Positions 13,700 to 26,164 of a stretch of 64,000 bases of DNA are shown here, one piece after another (position 1 is the stretch's first letter; every line of letters starts with the position of its first letter). The DNA lies in assembly GCA_024679065.1 (NCBI GenBank), contig JAGIQG010000013.1, forward strand, positions 49,104,001-49,168,000, in the 5' to 3' direction. Made by a program: the position numbers and the translations under genes. The notes beneath the pieces are model-generated. The model was not told the DNA's origin. It did no database searches and worked only from the letters and a program-made list of their open reading frames with translations. The stretch comes from Sphyrna mokarran. Its lineage: Eukaryota.

Positions 13700-15952
13700 C
13701 TGGCAAGTAAAATGCATCCCTCACCGATGAGCTCATTCTGTTCTTGTTTTGAGCAAGAAGTCAGTGAGAGCATGCCCTTTACCCCAGAAGGCTTGGACGA
13801 ACCTATATCCAAGGTCACTATTGCAGATGTCAGAGCAGCTTCTCGAACATCAACCATGGAAAGTGACCGGCCCAGATGGGGTACTTAGATGAGCATTCAG
13901 ATCCTGTGCGGATCAGCTGGCAGGGGTATTCGCAGACAAGTTCAACCTCTCTTTACATCAAATTGAGGTTCCTATCTGCTTCAAGAAGTCGACCATCATC
14001 CCCGTACCAAAGAAAAGCCAGGCAGTGTGCTTTACTGACTATCATCCAATGGTTCTGACATCCAACATTATGAAATGCTTCAAAAGGTCAGTCATGGCAT
14101 GAATCAGTTCCAACTTTCCAGATTGCCTGGATCCACTATAATTCACCTACCACAGCAGCAGATCCACAGTACCGCAATCTCCCTGGTCCTTCACTCAGCC
14201 CTGGAACACCTAGATAATAAAGGCACCTATGTCAGACTCCTGTTTATTTACTACACTCAGCCTTCAGCACCATTATTCCAACGAAACTCATCTCTAAACT
14301 CCAAGGTCTGGGCTCCTTTGCAACTGAATCCTCGACTTCCTAACTCACAGATGCACAATCAGTAAGGATAAGTAACAACATCTCCTTCTCAATCATCCCC
14401 AACATCGGTGCCCCACAAGGCTCTGTTTTCAACCTCTTACTATTTTCCTTATACACCTATGACTGTGTGGCCAAATTCCACACCAACTCGATTGTCACGT
14501 TTGCTGATGATATCACCATAGAGGGTCGGATTTCAAAGAATGGCAAGATGGAGCATGGGAATGAGATATTGATGAACTGGTGTGATGACAATAATCTCTC
14601 CCTTAATGTCAACAAAATGAAGGAGATAGTCATCAACTTGAGGAAGCAAGTGGAAGACGTGCCCCTGTCAACAGGGATGAAGTAGAAATGGTCAAGAGCT
14701 TCAAGTTTTTACATGTCCAGTTCACCATCAACTTGTCCTGGTGCCTCCATGCCGATGCTTTAGTTAAGAAAGCCCATCAACACCTCTACTTTTTCAGAAG
14801 AGTAAGAAAATTTGGCATGTCAGCTATGACTCTCACCAACTTTTATAGATGCACCATAGGAAGTATTCTTTCTAGTTTTACGCAGCTTGGTATGACTCCT
14901 GCTCTGTCCAAGACTACAATAAACTACGAAGGGTCGTGAACGAAACCCAGTTCATCACTCAAACCAGCCTCCCAGCCATTGTCACTATCTACACTTCCTG
15001 CTGCCTCAGAAAAAACAGTCAGCAGAATCAAGGACCCCAAGCACCCGGACATACTCTCTTCCACCTTCTCCTGTCAGGAAAAAGATACAAAAGTCTGAGG
15101 TCATGTACTAGCTGACTGAAGAACAGCTTCTTCTCTGCTGCCATCAGACTTTTGAATGGATCTATCTCATATTAGGTTGATCCTTCTCTGCATGCTCTCC
15201 TTTCCTTCTCTATGAGCAGCATGCTTTGTCTGTATGGTATACATAGAACATAGAACATTACAGCGCAGTACAGGCCCTTCGGCCCTCGATGTTGCGCCGG
15301 CCAGTGGACTCTCTAACCTAAACTATTCCAATATCATCCATATGCCTATCCACCGAACATTTGAATGCCCCCAAAGTAGGCGAGTCCACAACTGCTGCAG
15401 GCAGGGCATTCCACGCCCTCACCACCCTCTGTGTAAAGAACCTGCCTCTGACATCCGTCCTATAACTACCACCTCTTAATTTAAAGTTATGTCCCCTCGT
15501 GTTGGTCATCACCATCCGAGGAAAAAGGCTCTCACTATCCACCCTATCCAATCCCTTGATCATCTTATACGCCTCAATTAGGTCACCGCGTAACCTTCTT
15601 CTCTCTAATGAAAATAACCTCAGGTCCCTCAGCCTTTCCTCATAAGGCCTTCCCACCATACCAGGCAACATCCTGGTAAACCTCCTCTGCACCCTTTCCA
15701 ATGCTTCCACATCTTTCTTATAATGCGGCGACCAGAACTGTACGCAATACTCCAAGTGCGGCCGCACCAGAGTTTTGTACAGTTGTAACATAACCTCACG
15801 GCTCCTAAATTCAATCCCTCTACCAATAAAAGCTAACACACCGTACGCCTTCTTAACAACTTTATCAACCTGGGTGCCATTACCATGCCTTATGCCAAGG
15901 AACATACTTTTCGCTCTTTACTAATATGTGACCACAAATCAAATCAAATCAA
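13700..15952 (+). mobile_element. Rex1/Babar-like LINE, 5'-truncated and decayed RT, interrupted by a CR1 insertion
   Basis: RT motifs GAPQGSV, FADDITIEG, LSLNVNKMKEIVINLRK, VKSFKFL...KKAHQHLYFFRRVRKF...LTNFYRCTIGSILS across frameshifts. (atcaa)n tail at about 15938-15953. Confidence 0.85.
15242..15878 (-). mobile_element. Young 5'-truncated CR1 LINE (HER1-like)
   Basis: Uninterrupted ORF: [41 protein letters not shown]...LFSLERRRLRGDLIEAYKMIKG...FFTQRVVRAWNALP. (ATGTTCT)n tail, seen on + as catagaacatagaacat. Confidence 0.95.
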
Positions 15953-16539
15953 ACCTCTGTCATTCCGGAAACAACAACATTAGATTGTCCAACCTTATAG
16001 CTCATATCCTCTAATCCACGCAGCATCCCGGTTAACTTCTTCTTCAATCTCTCCAAAGTCTGTATTTCCTTCTTTTAATGTGGCAAAACTCCCCAAAATC
16101 AAAGTGAAAAAGCAATTAAATTGTGTTTTAATGCATTCGTTTGTCAAACAAGTTACTGTACTGTGTCACAGCTGTAGGATATTAGATCAGTAGTTATGTT
16201 GCAACGAACGTTATGAGAAACCCTTTCATTCCTATTCGTATCAAGCAATGTCTGGGAGCAATAGGAAAATAGATTTTATCTTTGTTCAAATTCATTTGCC
16301 AATTTTACATCCATTCTGTAAGCTTATTAATGTGTTCCTGAAATCTATTTTTACCTATCTTTATTTTGCTTTTTGTGCATGATTTTACACTGGAATTAAA
16401 TATTTTAACTTACAGTTTTTGATTTTGACTTTGCATGCCTCAGTAAGGATTTTTCAATCCGATTGGCTGAAGAAGCACACTGTTACTTGGCCTGTTCACA
16501 CTGACCCCGGATGCCCTGACACTTGTATAGCTCCCTAAT

Positions 16540-16800
16540 TAAAAGAGAAATAGGAGCTGGAATAGGCCATTTGACTCTTCAAGTTTGCTGTAAGATTCAA
16601 CAAGATCATGGGTGATCTCTCTCAACCCCATCTTTCTGCACTGTTCCCTCATCCCTTCAGACCCCAAAAAAAACCCATCACTCTCTAGCTTCAATATGCT
16701 GAGCAACTGAGCATGCATAGCTCTCTCACATGGAGATCCACAATTCTTTGAGTGAAGGAATTCCTCCTAACCTCAGTCAGAACAGCTGACCCTTCTAAAG
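16540..16800 (-). mobile_element. CR1 3' tail fragment
   Basis: gaaataggagctggaataggccatt...ttcaacaagatcatgggtgatc...gagtgaaggaattcctcctaacctcagtc, a typical shark CR1 antisense end. Confidence 0.65.
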
Positions 16801-17562
16801 GAAAATACCATTTGTTTGCCATTGACTGCAAAATGTAGACCAAAGCGTTGGCTTGTAAGAGTTAATCGTCAAAGATCTTAAATACACTGCACTGAATTTT
16901 AGTTCAATAGTTCTTGAGTTTAAATGCCTTCAAGTGGTGTCATGACAAACAAGAAGATACTGAAAGCCTGGGTTTTAGGTGTTGATTGCACCATGATAGC
17001 TTTGTAGTGCAAGTATGCTTTTTTTGTGATTCCATTAAATGGACACAATTGCTATGGTTACAGCTTGAACCTATTGGTTGTGAGCATGAACAAAGTTATT
17101 CATTGTAACTTTTGTTGGCTCCAAGGAAAATAGTTCTGTTGGATGTTGTATGGGACAGATGTTTCTGAAGATATTATTCAAAGGACAATGGTGACGATAG
17201 ATGTGGTCCAAATTTAACCTTTGATCAATCATTTATTGCATTAGTTTGTATTCTCTTGAATATCAAAAAATTTGAGGCAATCTCAATAAGGTGTTGTAGA
17301 CTAAAGGAATTGATAGGGCTGATGTTGAGAAGTTCAGAACCAGGGTGGATACCCATTAAAATGAGGGTTGGATTGTTCAAGGGTAATGGCAATCGCACTT
17401 CTTCCCTTGGAAGATGTTGAACATCTGGAACACATTTTGGGGTGAAGTCAATTCAAAATTTCAAAAACTGTGACTTTTGTTAGGCAAAGATATTGATGGT
17501 TATGGAAACAAGGCAGGTAGATGGAGTGAGATACAAATAAATAAGGAAGTTAACCAGCACCA

Positions 17563-18647
17563 TACTGTACTGTAAGTGACAGCCTTGCTTATGCACTCAA
17601 ATTGATACAGATGCATGTGAATTACAGAAATGAAAGTTTGTCATTTTATATTAATTTAACATGAACATTATTTGTTATTGTCTGAATTATATTAAATGTT
17701 AAATATTTTAATCCATTGTACTTGAGTTGTTACAGATAAACAAATAATCTAACTAATTGAATGGTTCAACAAACTCCAGGGGCCGAACGGCCTACTCTGT
17801 TTATCTAATGTAACAGAATTTGTACACACTTCATAATTTCAGTATCCAACATAGCATCCTCTGCAGTTACCATCCATCATCAGCAGGTTGCAAATCCACA
17901 CAAGTCATTGCAACGCACCACAGATCAAAAGAATTTGCATTTATCATTGCACCTTTCACTTCTTCAGGACTTCTTGAAGCATTTCACGATGATTGACTTA
18001 TTTTTGATTTGAGTTGGTATTGTTTATTGGGAGACATACACCACCCCGTCACCACCCTAGATCCTACAAAGAACAGCTGAAAGAATGAGGACTAGTTATT
18101 TTGCTTTTATTGGTGTTAGTTAAAGAAAGCATGTTGATCAGGACACCATGAGGTTGGTCAAGACACCAGGAGAAATCCCAAGTTCCATCCCATGGAAGCA
18201 AACGAAACTTTTCAGATTAGTGTCTGTACCAACAGATAATGGCCAGAATTCTCTGTTCATTCATGCTGGCAGGATTCCCTCGTCCCACGAATGGCACACC
18301 TCCATCCGCAGAATTCCTGCTGGCGTGTGGTGTACATCAACGGGAATTCCCATTGATAGCAGTGAGACCAGAAAATTGTGCCGCTGGCAAATAATGTGCC
18401 ACTCTCAGTGGTGGGAAACATGTGTATGGGAGGCCAGCGAACCTCACCTAATACCTGTGACAGTGCAGCATTTCTGAGTACTGTACTGTAGTGACAGCCT
18501 TGCTTAAGCACTCAAATCGATACAGATGCATGTAGATTACATAAATGAAGGTTTGTCATTTTATATTAATTTAAAGTGAACATTAGTCAAGTTACTGTCT
18601 GAATTATATAAAATGTTAAATATTTTAGTCCATTGTACTTGAGTTGT
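17563..18647 (+). repeat. Dispersed direct repeat of about 168 bp (17563-17730 and 18479-18647)
   Basis: Both copies read tactgtactgta(a)gtgacagccttgctta.gcactcaaat.gatacagatgcatgt...tccattgtacttgagttgt. Roughly 90% identical by eye. Confidence 0.92.
17930..18200 (-). mobile_element. Deu-domain SINE remnant (SacSINE1/AmnSINE1-related)
   Basis: ttgcatttat...cacctttcac...tcaggac...ttttattggtgttagtt...caggacacc...ggagaa resembles the reverse of the DeuSINE core and tail. Confidence 0.5.
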
Positions 18648-18719
18648 CATAAAAACAAAATGCTGGCAGAACTCAAGGTCTGGCAGCATCTGTAGAGAGA
18701 GAAACAGAGTTAACATTTA

Positions 18720-18941
18720 TGTATTGTATATTTAACTGGTTGAGTGATTGCTTTAAGAGTAGTCATATGATTTGATGGTGATGTAATTGGGGTGTTTCAT
18801 AAGCTCCTGCTTTTAGTTTCAGTTTCTACTCTGTACAGGCAATCCCTTCAGTAAATCTGTTGTTATTTTGAATCTACGTGTGAAAACTACATCTTTTTCT
18901 TGTATAAAACTCGTAGTTCCTAAGATAAGTAGGACATTACA
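18720..18941 (+). mobile_element. Putative solo LTR (222 bp) nested in a Penelope-derived remnant
   Basis: TG...CA ends with terminal inverted repeat tgtattgt/acattaca, internal agtaaa signal, and flanks ttta/atta (imperfect 4-bp TSD). Confidence 0.45.
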
Positions 18942-19128
18942 ATTATGAACTCTTTCTCAGAATTCTTTGTCATCTTGTTTTTATTGCTCATTCCAACATT
19001 TGTATGGTTTTTGCTTTTATTTTAGTACTTGGGTTGTTTCCTACATTGGCTATTACAATAAAGGTAATGAGGTAATTTTTCAATAGCTAGTAGCTAAGCA
19101 CGAGTAAATCAGTAAAAGACTGGGTTCA

Positions 19129-19223
19129 TTTGGCTGCCTTACGCTTTGGCTGCCTTACCCTTTGGCTGCCTTACCCTTTGGCTGCCTTACCCTTTGGCTG
19201 CCTTATCCTTTGGCTGCCTTATC
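19129..19223 (+). repeat. 16-bp minisatellite, about 6 copies (tttggctgccttaccc)
   Basis: Directly visible tandem units with 1-nt variants. Confidence 0.98.
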
Positions 19224-19759
19224 AGAAATCTTGCTGATGGCAGTGCATTTCAACATGGGTGGAAATGGAAGCAGTTTACCAACGTAAAGAATGCAGTTCC
19301 CTCAGAAATAAAATTCAAATCTTCATGTTTAAGGATGAGTGTCTGTCAGAATCTGATTGTCAAAATGGTAGCACCTCAGTGATCTTGACAATCCGAAAGT
19401 ACTTTAATCATTGGCCTCTTTTTTTTTCCTCTCTTTAATTTATTAATTCTCAGGAATAAGTATGTAGCTCAGCAATTAGATAATTTTGGAAAGCTTTCTA
19501 GAGATGAGACAGGCTTTCATTGTATTATTGGAAGGAAGGTAGGCTATGCTTCATTCACTTCAATTTTGTGCATATTTTATCCTGATATTGACAAGTAGAT
19601 GATCATACAAACAGGGTTTCCAGTTCTGTACTCAGTGTTCAGCAGCATTTTGGTAGAGAAGTTATTAACTGACATCTGTTTATGGTAGATGGAAGAACAA
19701 TTTTAGAAAGTTCAAGTTGCTTTGCAAAATATGCACTTAACGTTTTGCATTTTCTTTAT

Positions 19760-20400
19760 CCTGCTAACTGAATAGGAATATTACTTGAGTAGTGATTGAA
19801 GCATTCATTCCATTACCTGCAGTGATATTTTTTTTTGTACAAGATCATTAAGATTATCAGGAGGAGACAGCTATGCAATAAATCCAGAGTAACTGGTGCA
19901 CAATTTAATAATTGCATGCAGGCTGCAGTTGTGATGTTCAGTGACTAGAATCTACCATGTGGTAGATATTCATTTCTATTGACTGGTAGCTCTAGCTAAA
20001 AAAAATCTTTCATGGTAGCAACACTGGAATCAGTTTCCTGGGACGTTGGTATACTGATGTGCTTACAATTTTATATGATTGTAATACTTGCTGATGAACA
20101 AGTGGAAAATTATAGCTTACAGGCCAAATAAAAAGTGTTTTGATTTTCTTTCTTAAAGAATTGATCTGAAAAGTCCAATAATACAATACCATGAGCCAGA
20201 ATATACAATCACTGTTGGCTCTTGAGCCAATAAGCCCATGCTGTTGGCCGCAATAGCACCACCTACAGGATATTATCGGTTTAATTCCTTTTCCAAATCA
20301 ACGCAGGCCGTAGAATGTGCAAAAGATGTCCATTGCTGCTGTACTGTTTCTGCGTACTGGAACTATCTTCCAGTCTTACTTCCTGGTCCGTTTTACTTTA
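19760..20400. promoter_or_regulatory. Candidate conserved non-coding enhancer in POLA1 last intron
   Basis: Unique non-repeat block about 6 kb before the last POLA1 exon, with TAAT/ATTA sites, an X-box-like catggtagcaac and the palindrome tctacca-tg-tggtaga. Position resembles a known human ultraconserved ARX enhancer. Conservation not verified. Confidence 0.5.
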
Positions 20401-20428
20401 ATACTACTCTTTTTCAAATAATCATGGA

Positions 20429-20733
20429 ATCATAGAATCTCTACGGTGCAGGAGGAAGCCATTCGGCCCATCAAGCCTGCACCAACAACAATGCCATCAT
20501 CACCCCATGTATTTACCTGCTAATTCTCCTGACGCTAAGAGACAATTTAGCGTGGCCAATCCATTTAACCTGCACATTTTTGAACTGTGGAAGGAAAATG
20601 GACCACCCGCAGGAAACCCACGCAGATACAGGAAGAATGTTCAAACTGCATACAGACAGTATTGCAAGGAATTGAATCCAAATGTCTGGTACTGTGAGGC
20701 AGCAGTACTAACCACTCTGCCTCCATGCTGCCT
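20429..20733 (-). mobile_element. HE1-like tRNA-derived SINE
   Basis: catagaatc tail, body ggccaatcc...aacctgcacat.tttg.actgtgg.aggaaa, and reverse tRNA head (ctgtgaggcagcagtactaaccact). Confidence 0.88.
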
Positions 20734-21774
20734 TAACAATACATCCAATCCTTTATAAATTATGTTGTAGTCTGTACTTCAATATTCACCTGTGGTCTGC
20801 AAAGTCTTTCACTTTTTGTTCTTTTATTGTTAATTTTCCATCTGTGTCCTATTGTTACCAATTCAACAACCAGTGCAAACAGTCTCATTATTTATCCCCT
20901 GAAAACTTAGATTTCCACTTTAACTCTGCCTTGGCGAAGACATTAAACTTTATTAATAATCCAATCTCCTGTTTCATTTTTAACACCTTATCCATTATTC
21001 TAACATATTTCTAGCAATAAAACTATATCAGCCTGCTCAGATGTGGTTTTAACCCATGATTTGTATAAACTCAATGTACCTGAAGATGAAATCTAGAATT
21101 TCAAATATTGATTTTAATGATCTTTTGTTTCTGCATCCTGCTGCATTTTCTACCTGCATTTAAAGATCACCACCTCTCTAGATTTCTATTTCTCCATATT
21201 TAGGAATTTTATTCTGCATTACTCTGCATTGATCTGTAACTGCCATCTATCTGCCCAGTCCATTAAACTAAACTGTCTATTTTTGGCATCACAGTAAATG
21301 AACTTTTGGTTTGCCACGTTGCTGAAGATGGTACATAAATAGAATCAATGACCAGTTAACATTTGTTGTCCCAAAATAAAACACCTGCGACCCAAAGCAC
21401 AATCCCAGACTTTAATGTGAATGTGGTATTTGACACCTGAGGATCCAAAGGCTATCCTTTGGATGAGCAGGGTTCAGGATAAAAGAAGTTTAATCAGAGC
21501 TGAAATCATTACTCATTTGCTATTTCCTTGATGGACAGCTAACTGTAAATTTTCCACATGCATTGTGACATCCTGACATTGCTGTGCGAATGAATCTCAA
21601 CTCACTCAGAGTAAATTTTGTTGGTGCCCGTATAAATCAAAGCAACCTCAGAAGCAATTCACTTCTGTGTGTGATTCTGAATATTCCAGTGAAACTGTAT
21701 AACTATGATGCAGGAAAGTGGAAGAATGATTGGCATGTTTATATTAGGAAATTAATCTAAAGAATGGCCACTTA

Positions 21775-22060
21775 GATAACATGTTTAACAATTTCAGACA
21801 TCCCAAAGTGTTGTACTGCCAATGGAGCACATTCTTTAAAGTGTAGTCGCTATTGTAAAAAAAAATGTGGCAGCTAATTTGCGCTCAGCAAAGCTTTATG
21901 GACAGCAGTGTGATGATGACTGGAATACTTTTTAGTGATTTTGGTTCAAGAATAAATTCTGGCTGAGGGCATCAGAGAGAACTCGGCTGCTCTTTCAAAT
22001 AATACGGTCAGAGATTTGGCATCCCCCGAGAGCCTAAGTTTCAGTTTCAACTGAAAGTCC
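21775..22060 (-). mobile_element. Deu-domain SINE (SacSINE1-like)
   Basis: catcccaaagtg...gccaatg...aagtgtagtcgctattgtaa...gtggcagctaatttgcgctcagcaaagct is the reverse complement of the DeuSINE core. Confidence 0.7.
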
Positions 22061-22591
22061 AAAGTCCCTAAGGCTGTAAATTAGACAATGAGCCATTAAA
22101 TAAAAAAGGTTTGCAACACAGAAGAAAGCCATTAATGAATCTTGTCTGTTGTCTGTTTGCCAGACCTATTCAAATCTTTTCCAATTGTTCCTTTCTATTA
22201 TTGCAGCAAAATATTTGATGCTCCAAAAAGATTTAATAAAAGCATTTCTTCGCAGCTACTTGCATTTATATAGTATTTTCAGTGTAGGAAAAAATAACCC
22301 AAGGTACTTCATTGGAACAAATCAAACAAAATTTGACAACAACTGAATAAGGCAATATTAGGTCATATGATGGAAAGCTTGATCAATAAAGTAACTTTAA
22401 TGATTGACTTAAAGATGGAGCAAGGGGGAGATTTAAGGTGGAAATTCTGGAGCCTCAGGCCTTGGCAGCTGAAGACACAGCACAATCAAAGAGGTCATAT
22501 TTGGCAGAGCATAGATATCTCAGAGTGTAACAAGGTTGTGAAGGGTGAAGCAAAGGAAATATTGGAAACAAATAAGAGAGTTTTAAATTTA

Positions 22592-22928
22592 GGGAGTGGC
22601 ACAGTGATATTGTCACTGGACTAGCAATTCAAAGACCCAGGATGATGCTTTAGGAACCCAGGTTTGAATCCCACCACGGCAAATGATAAAATTCGAATTT
22701 TGTTTAAAAAATCTGGAATTAAAGTCTGAGGATGACTATGAAACCGTTATCGATTATCAGAAAAGCTCACCTGGTTCACTCATGCCCTTTAAGGAAGGAA
22801 ATCTGCGGTCCTTACCTGGTCTGACCAACGTGTGACTCCAGACCCACAGCAATTTGATTCTCAACTGCCCTCTGGCAACCAGCGATGGGCAATAAATGCC
22901 TATGTCTCATGAACAAATAAAAAAAAAA
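22592..22928 (+). mobile_element. tRNA-derived SINE with A-tail, inserted in a decayed L2 fragment (about 22255-23150)
   Basis: gtggcacagtgatattgtcactggactag...ggtttgaatcccacc (A/B boxes)...gatgggcaataaatgcc...aataaaaaaaaaa. Same family as 1856. Confidence 0.85.
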
Positions 22929-23379
22929 GAGGAGGGGCCACTATAGGTCGGTTATCACAGGACAATGGCTGAACTGAAGTTGGTGCAAGTTGGATTTATG
23001 GACAGCAGAGTTTTGGATGAGCTCATGTTATTAGAAGGTGGGAGACCTGCCAGGCAAGCATTGAAATAATCAAGTCTAAAGGTAACAAGAGTGCAGATGA
23101 GGGTTTCTGCAGCAGATGAGCTGTGTGGACATTATGGAAATACAAGTAGTTAGAATTGGACAGATCATTAAGTTTTTTTCCCCCCTCCTCTCTGAAGGCA
23201 AGATGAGAGTATAAGCATTAGATGTTTTCTTTCCCCCTTCTTTAGCTTTGGAGCACTGAGGTCAATTGTAATTACCCAAGCTGAGGTACCATATATTCTT
23301 TCTCATTTGATATCACATATGGCAGTGCCATTTTCTGTCCTGCAAGAGGATGAGTGGTGAAAGAGGAGACGAAGTAGGG

Positions 23380-23860
23380 TCATTGGATTTGAAGTGCCTG
23401 CAGCACAGCATATTTGAAATTGGAATCTCAAAACCAGGTGACCTTTGATTGTAGGCTTTGATTGTAAATAGACACCTGGACAGGCTGGTCTGCAGTGCCA
23501 GGCACTTTCAGTGATTGACCAGCCAAACCTACCTTCATAATCACACTGAGGCTTGCAACAACAGCGATTCTGAGAAAGTTCAATTTATCGCCTACTTTAT
23601 TTCTATCGTGATCTGGTTCCCAATTATATTGAACTGAAGCTGATGTATTCCGTTAATAATCACAGTGAGGTTTGGTAGTGTGCCTGGCAAATGCCCCCTT
23701 CATTGTTAAGTAGTTGGTATTCATTATAGACTCACAGTTTATTGGACTCAGCTTGAGTTTGACCTGTCTTCCTTGCCCTAATATCATTTAATTTAGTCTT
23801 GCTGATATCCATATCGCCTCTGATGCCTGAACCTTTAGCCAGAATGACTTCTGGTAAAAA
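23380..23860. promoter_or_regulatory. Candidate conserved non-coding element
   Basis: Unique block with tandem TCF/LEF-like ctttgat sites (about 23442 and 23456), a tgattgac PBX/MEIS-like site and TAAT motifs. Inference only. Confidence 0.4.
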
Positions 23861-26012
23861 TGTAAAACTTACCATACAAGTGTCTGGGACATATTTTATA
23901 ATAGATATATTTAAAAAGCACTCCATTAATAAAAATACCAGAAAGATTGTTTTTAATTATTTCACTACAACTATGTGTGAGGAATACTCAGTAAGATATT
24001 TGAGGTGCCAGGGATGACTGCTTACAAATCTCTGGTTATGGAGAACTCTGTCATAACCAAGATGTTTCATCAAATTGATTCTTCAGTACAGTACTTAACA
24101 CTAGTTGGAGTTTTTTCTTGCAATTTGCAATTTTTAACGCCACAATTTTTTATTCATGTTTAACATTGTAGGTTACAACGTGTCACTTGTTTAAGTAATT
24201 TGAAAACAGCAATCTAAATCGACTATGCAACAGTTCCAATATAAGACAAGAGACATGACTTGGAACATTGGTTATGACTTTGGGGATTTTACCATTTTAC
24301 TTTTAAAGTGGATTATTGGCAGATAGAATGTTCAGAACTCTTCCACAAATCCTACTTTCTGTTGATTTAAATGACTTAAAGTATTTAATGTCAAGTACAT
24401 TCAAATGTTCACAATTTGAATCTTTTGAATTCCTTCCCTCCCACTCCCCTACCCCACCACGCTTATCCTACACTAACTTTTCTCTTGTAAACTGCAGTAA
24501 TAAGCCATTTCTGATACAAGATCTTACGTGTCTATAAACGGCACCAAGATCTTTCCAACACTCTAATACAAATGATTGTCTGATGTATTGTCTATTGGGT
24601 TAAAATAACCTCACGAGGCAAAACTACAGCTTGTCTTCAGCAATACTCTGTTACCCAACCAGCCTGGTGGGAAAAGTCAATATCCCATCAAAAGGGCACG
24701 TAAACACTGTAGGGGAACTCATTCCACCTGGTTTCATTTTGTATTTTCTCAAATGATTTCTGTTCTATCTCCAGCTTTAAATGAACTTTGTTCTCCTACT
24801 GAGATTTGATGAGTCCATTGTAATGTTTTCTGTGTTGAAAAAAAACTATTAAATCATTTTTTTGTTTGACCTACAAATTTCACAGTTTGTACTGCAATAG
24901 AACTAAGTATCTGTATAAATTGATAAAGCAAAGGGTACAGAATGTTCTATTAATGCTATACTAGGCACAAGTCTGTCATATATCATGTTTTGCAGAGTTG
25001 AAATTGTACTTTTGCAGTTTGGAGGAACTTAGGCAGAAGAAATATTTTTGTGGTGTTACAAGGGGAAATGTTGAAGATACAGGCCTGTCATTTTTCTGTT
25101 TCTGATTGTGGGTGTGCTGTAATTGGAATTCCACACATTTATCATTAAAATTTACACCTTCGTATTCTGACAAAAAAACGCAAGCATTTTAAATGCCAAA
25201 TGGGCTAATCTATGCAGTATAAATTTGGAAATATATCTGTAACAATTTTAACCATTTCAATTCAGTGTAGATGGGAGCGAGGAAGGGCACTAGACTCAAA
25301 CCAGTCTACCCATGTTTTATCATATACTAAGGTCATTTTAGCCAGCTTCTTAGCATACCATGCAATTCCTTTATGAAGCTTTCAGTCCTACTCTGAATAG
25401 AAACTTTCCCAGTTATCCAATATATCCATTTGCATGGTTTACTTCTTTTGCCATTCCTAGTCATTAGACATCTGTTACCATTTCAGGGAATAGAAATCTC
25501 CCTCTTTCCATCTGATTTGCTAAGTATTAACTTCAGTCTTCTAGCATTTGAACTCTTATTCAAGCAGCTCAATTATCTGTGATATAGTTGAGTCGCTTCA
25601 TAATGAAATAAATTTTGAAGTCTCCGGGTTCCTAAAACAAAAGAATCTTTATCCATGTTTGGCTTAAATCCCTTGCCCAACTAAAATTCCTGATACCTAG
25701 AATAATATCCTTGCTGTGGTTCGGTGACCAGAAATGTATGCAGTACTGTCCCAGATCTGACCAACAATTGTAGAAATTTATAATTTAGTTATAATGGATC
25801 CAGAATGTTCCCAGACATCTTATTTCATTGTTGCGTGTTTCCTTGCATTAGACCAACATTTTTTTCTATCTGATGGTAGATAACGTTTTTAAAATTTGGA
25901 TGTTGGACATTGGGAGATCTTCAGTAAATATGGAATGAAATAAATTGTGAAATCTGAAAACAGTACTTTAAAATTTATCCCTGGATGTAATTTCTCTCTC
26001 TCCTTTTTCTAG

Positions 26013-26164
26013 ACTTGGTGAAGAAACGTTTTGGTAAAGACCAGGATTACTATCTTGTGTTTAAGAGCCTCAAGGGAATTGCAGATGATGCACTGGCTTC
26101 CAGCAGCTACTCTGAGGTGAACCTCAGCAAACTCTTTGAGGCGTTCAGTACAATCAATAAATGA
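26013..26164 (+). CDS. POLA1: POLA1 (DNA polymerase alpha catalytic subunit) terminal coding exon
   Basis: Not in the ORF track. Strong acceptor tttctctctctcctttttctag|AC. Translates (D)LVKKRFGKDQDYYLVFKSLKGIADDALASSSYSEVNLSKLFEAFSTINK*. YSEVNLSKLF is the conserved POLA1 C-terminal motif, and POLA1 is the known convergent neighbour of ARX. Confidence 0.92.

Noticed and set aside
15318-15905. 195-aa ORF as a host gene
   Set aside because: It is the C-terminus of CR1 ORF2 in a 5'-truncated insertion.
19129-19223. CRISPR-like array
   Set aside because: Head-to-tail tandem units without spacers, in vertebrate DNA.
22592-22680. Genuine tRNA genes at SINE heads (also 1856, 32592)
   Set aside because: A/B boxes are present but continue directly into SINE bodies and tails, with no intact cloverleaf.
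1-26012. Additional POLA1 exons (e.g. the penultimate LYTQLCFYRYIFD-like exon) or intronic snoRNA
   Set aside because: I could not find matching sequence by eye. It is probably upstream of the window, though a short diverged exon cannot be excluded.
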